Below are positions 61,156 through 64,000 of a stretch of DNA of 64,000 bases, piece after piece. Every line of letters starts with the position of its first letter. Positions within the stretch are counted from its first letter, which is position 1. The stretch is from contig OZ218958.1 in NCBI GenBank assembly GCA_965112735.1, positions 2,232,001 through 2,296,000 on the forward strand, in the 5' to 3' direction. A program made the position numbers and the translations under genes. The notes under the pieces are model-generated. The model saw only the letters and a list, made by a program, of their open reading frames with translations, had not been told where the DNA came from and did no database searches. This stretch comes from Phaeosaccion multiseriatum (lineage: Eukaryota; Protista; Ochrophyta, other classes).

Positions 61156-63851
61156 GGGTACACGAGGAGAGGGAGAGGGTGACAAAAGGCCAGCACCAAC
61201 AGAAGCAGCAAGGATGACATCTGAGGGGAGAGAAGGAATAAACAAGCCAGGAGAAGCCCTTACCCTCTCTCCCTGCTCCCCTCTCTTTGTTGAAAGGAGG
61301 AGGAGGAAACACGCGAGGACACTTCCCTCTCCTCTCTCCACACACCCATCCACCCACGCACCCACACCCACCCTTGAGTGAATCATTGACTTACCTTGCC
61401 CGAGTCTCCGCTCGCCTCACATGCAACTGTGAGACCCACTCCCCCTGCTCTTCGGCGAATGTAGGCCAAGCCTTCGACAGGGGCGGAGGGGGAGTAGAGA
61501 GGGCTAGACGGGGATGACCATGGCTGCAGCGTACACACCGTACCTGCTCGTGCAACAAGGGAGGTAAGGGAGGGGGCGATGAGAGCATGTATATATACAC
61601 ACATACACACGTATGCACACAAATGGACGCGCCAGGGACGGATACACAGATACGGACAAAGCGGCTGGAGCAGAGCCAGCGTTAGCACTGGTAGCAGGAG
61701 CAGCGCCAGGGTAGGCATTCGTAGCAGCACCAGGCATATGGGGCAGCACCAAGAGCAACCGCAGTCAGAGCCCAAGAGAAAGACAGGGAGAGATGAAGGG
61801 AGAGAGAGAGCGATCGGTCATCTCCTGCCGTCTGCTGCCATTCCCTGCCATGCCCCTCCCATCCCCTTCCCTCCCCTCCCCTCCCCTCCACTCTCCTCCC
61901 TTCGCGCCCCTTCCCATTCGTCTGGCATCCCCTGCTGTCCCCTGCCATCTCCTGCCATCTCCTGCCATCCACTGTCATCCTCTACCACCCCATGCCATCC
62001 CCTGCCATCCCCTGCCACACCCTTCTCCTCACCAGCAGGGCGTGGGTCAGTTGACTCCTCCGCTCTGAGCACATCCCCCTCCTCCACCTCCGAGCCGGGG
62101 GGGAAGCTCACACCGTACAACTGGTACTTGAACGCGTCCAGCCCATTCACCTGGTTGGTCGTTGGGAAGTAAGTCAATGAGAATGGTTTTGTGGATGGGT
62201 ATGCAAGCGAACAGTGAGAAGGCTTTCGAATGGGCAGCGGACGGATGTCTCTGTATCTTGTAGCCTTCCTGCGAAACATATCTACCTTGGCAGCAGGGAA
62301 GAGGGGACGAGCCCTTTTATCCTCTTCTCCCTCCCTCCCTCCCTCCCTCCCTCCCTCCCTCCCCCCTTCCCTCTCTCCCGCCCTCCCTTCCTCCCTCCCT
62401 CCCTCCCTCCCCTCCCCTCTCTCCTGCCCTTCCTCCCTCCCCTCCCTCCCTCCCTCCTCTCACCTTGGACACTGCTTCCTGCCCCATATAACACCCCTTA
62501 TCAAAATGCACCGAGTGCCACAGCCCGGCATCAAGCGGGTTGTAGTCCTTCGTCATCTCCTTGCCAGGCCAAGGCCTCCCCTGCTTGACCCGCAGCAGCT
62601 GCCACTCCTCCTCCCCCACTACTTGCCCGCCGCATCGCTCGCTCAACTCCCTCCACAGACGGGAAGCAATCTCCACCGGTGCGAACACAGTGTAACCGGG
62701 GAGCCGCAGCCCGGTCGACGCACACACATGAGCAACCCCAACCTTGGGATACCCCTCCTTATCATAGAGCCACGAAGAGAAGAGCCCCGACTCTGGCAGG
62801 GTGGCCCCTTGCTGGAATACTGGGAGGTCAGTCAACGCCTCTGCGGCTCCCGACCCCATGATTGAGAAGACGGCGAACTGAGCGGATGCGTTCTCCACCT
62901 CCACCTGTGAATTGGGGTTTTGGGTTTGGGTGTGTGGGGGAGGGGAGTGAGACTTGGGTGTGTGCATGAGGAGGAGAGGAGTGAGACTTGGGTGTGAGCA
63001 TGGGGAGGAGAGGAGTGAGACTTGGGTGTGTGCATGAGGAGGAGAGGAGTGAGACTTGGGTGTGAGCATGGGGAGGAGAGGAGTGAGACTTGGGTGTGTG
63101 CATGGGGAGGAGAGGAGTGAGACTTGGGTGTGAGCATGAGGAGGAGAGGAGTGAGACTTGGGTGTGAGCATGGGGAGGAGAGGAGTGAGACTAGGGTGTG
63201 AGCATGGGGAGGAGGAGTGAGACTAGGGTGTGTAGATGACGGCCTCCAGGGGGGGTTGGGGGGGGGGGTAGATGGAAGCAGAGAAGCAAGCAGAGCATCG
63301 TATTCTCCGGTCAGCCACAAAGGCGAGCGGAGATTACAATCACAGTGAGAGACCGATCGACCTACCCCAGACAGATTGACACAGAGAGAGAGAGAGAACG
63401 GAGAGAGAGAGGCAGAGAGATAGACAGAGGAACATACAGAAAGAGAAGACGGAGAGAGAGGTAGAGAGAGAGAGGCAGAGATAGAGGAACATACAGAAAG
63501 AGAAGACGGAGAGAGAGGTAGAGAGGGAGAGAGAGGCAGAGAGAGAGGAACATACAGAAAGAGAAGACGGAGAGAGAGAGGTAGAGAGAGAGAGAGGCAG
63601 AGAGAGAGGAACATACAGAAAGAGAAGACGGAGAGAGAGGTAGAGAGGGAGAGAGAGGCAGAGAGAGAGGAACATACAGAAAGAGAAGACGGAGAGAGAG
63701 AGGTAGAGAGAGAGGCAGAGAGAGAGGCAGCGAGACAGAGGACAGAGGGGTCAGGACAGGCCTATCGTACCTTGTCAAGCTTGAAGAGGAATTTCTCGAA
63801 CTGAGTCAGACGTGCCTTGGTGCGGTGCGGTGAACAGAGCAGCATCACCCT
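60733..63851 (-). CDS. ygfZ: YgfZ/COG0354 (IBA57-family) folate-binding Fe-S maturation protein, cyanobacterial/plastid type; 5' part lies outside the window
   Basis: [47 protein letters not shown] contains the KGCYxGQE signature; further exons end ...KNKRGLNL* at 60733. Confidence 0.88.
62944..63232. repeat. Intronic 36-bp minisatellite, about 8 units
   Basis: ggagtgagacttgggtgtg(a/t)gcatg(g/a)ggaggaga repeated. Confidence 0.92.
63390..63730. repeat. Intronic ~55-bp purine-rich minisatellite, 5-6 units
   Basis: gaggaacatacagaaagagaagacggagagagaggtagag repeated. Confidence 0.9.
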
Positions 63852-64000
63852 GTACCCAATGAGACAGACAGACAGAGAGAGGGAGAGAGCGTGGGTGAGT
63901 GAGTGAGTGAGTGTGTAGGTGGATGGGTGGGTGCGTGAGTGAGCGAGTGAGTGAGGAGTGAATCAGCGACCGAGAAGACCGTGCGACCGTGAGATGGTGA

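Overview
Gene-dense, intron-rich eukaryotic nuclear DNA. It is probably from an ochrophyte/stramenopile alga; this is an inference from gene content such as a plastid-type YgfZ and a KCBP-like kinesin without MyTH4-FERM. Most introns are filled with simple repeats, so most short ORFs in the supplied track are artefacts. Spliced genes I can reconstruct by eye: 3' end of eIF5B, a PX-like protein, soluble pyrophosphatase, an ankyrin protein, an EFCAB11-like EF-hand protein, GUF1/LepA, a KCBP-like kinesin-14, RUVBL2, a possible Tim44-like protein, a stand-alone lipoyl-domain protein and the 3' part of a YgfZ/COG0354 gene. Accessory material: three intronless ankyrin-BTB paralogues that differ mainly at target-binding ankyrin positions, and a tandem pair of ankyrin genes whose second copy is interrupted by about 28 units of a 175-178 bp satellite. 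There is also a 654-bp inverted-repeat element whose centre holds two different IR-bounded cassettes, each delimited by the same hexamer ACTTAG. Most striking at small scale, the 9-mer TTGGTGATA (usually CAG-TTGGTGATA-CAG) occurs at least 27 times by manual count, on both strands, in introns and in exons in three different reading frames. A second dispersed motif (GGATGGCAGTGGATGG) behaves similarly. All coordinates were read by hand and exon boundaries may be off by a few bases.
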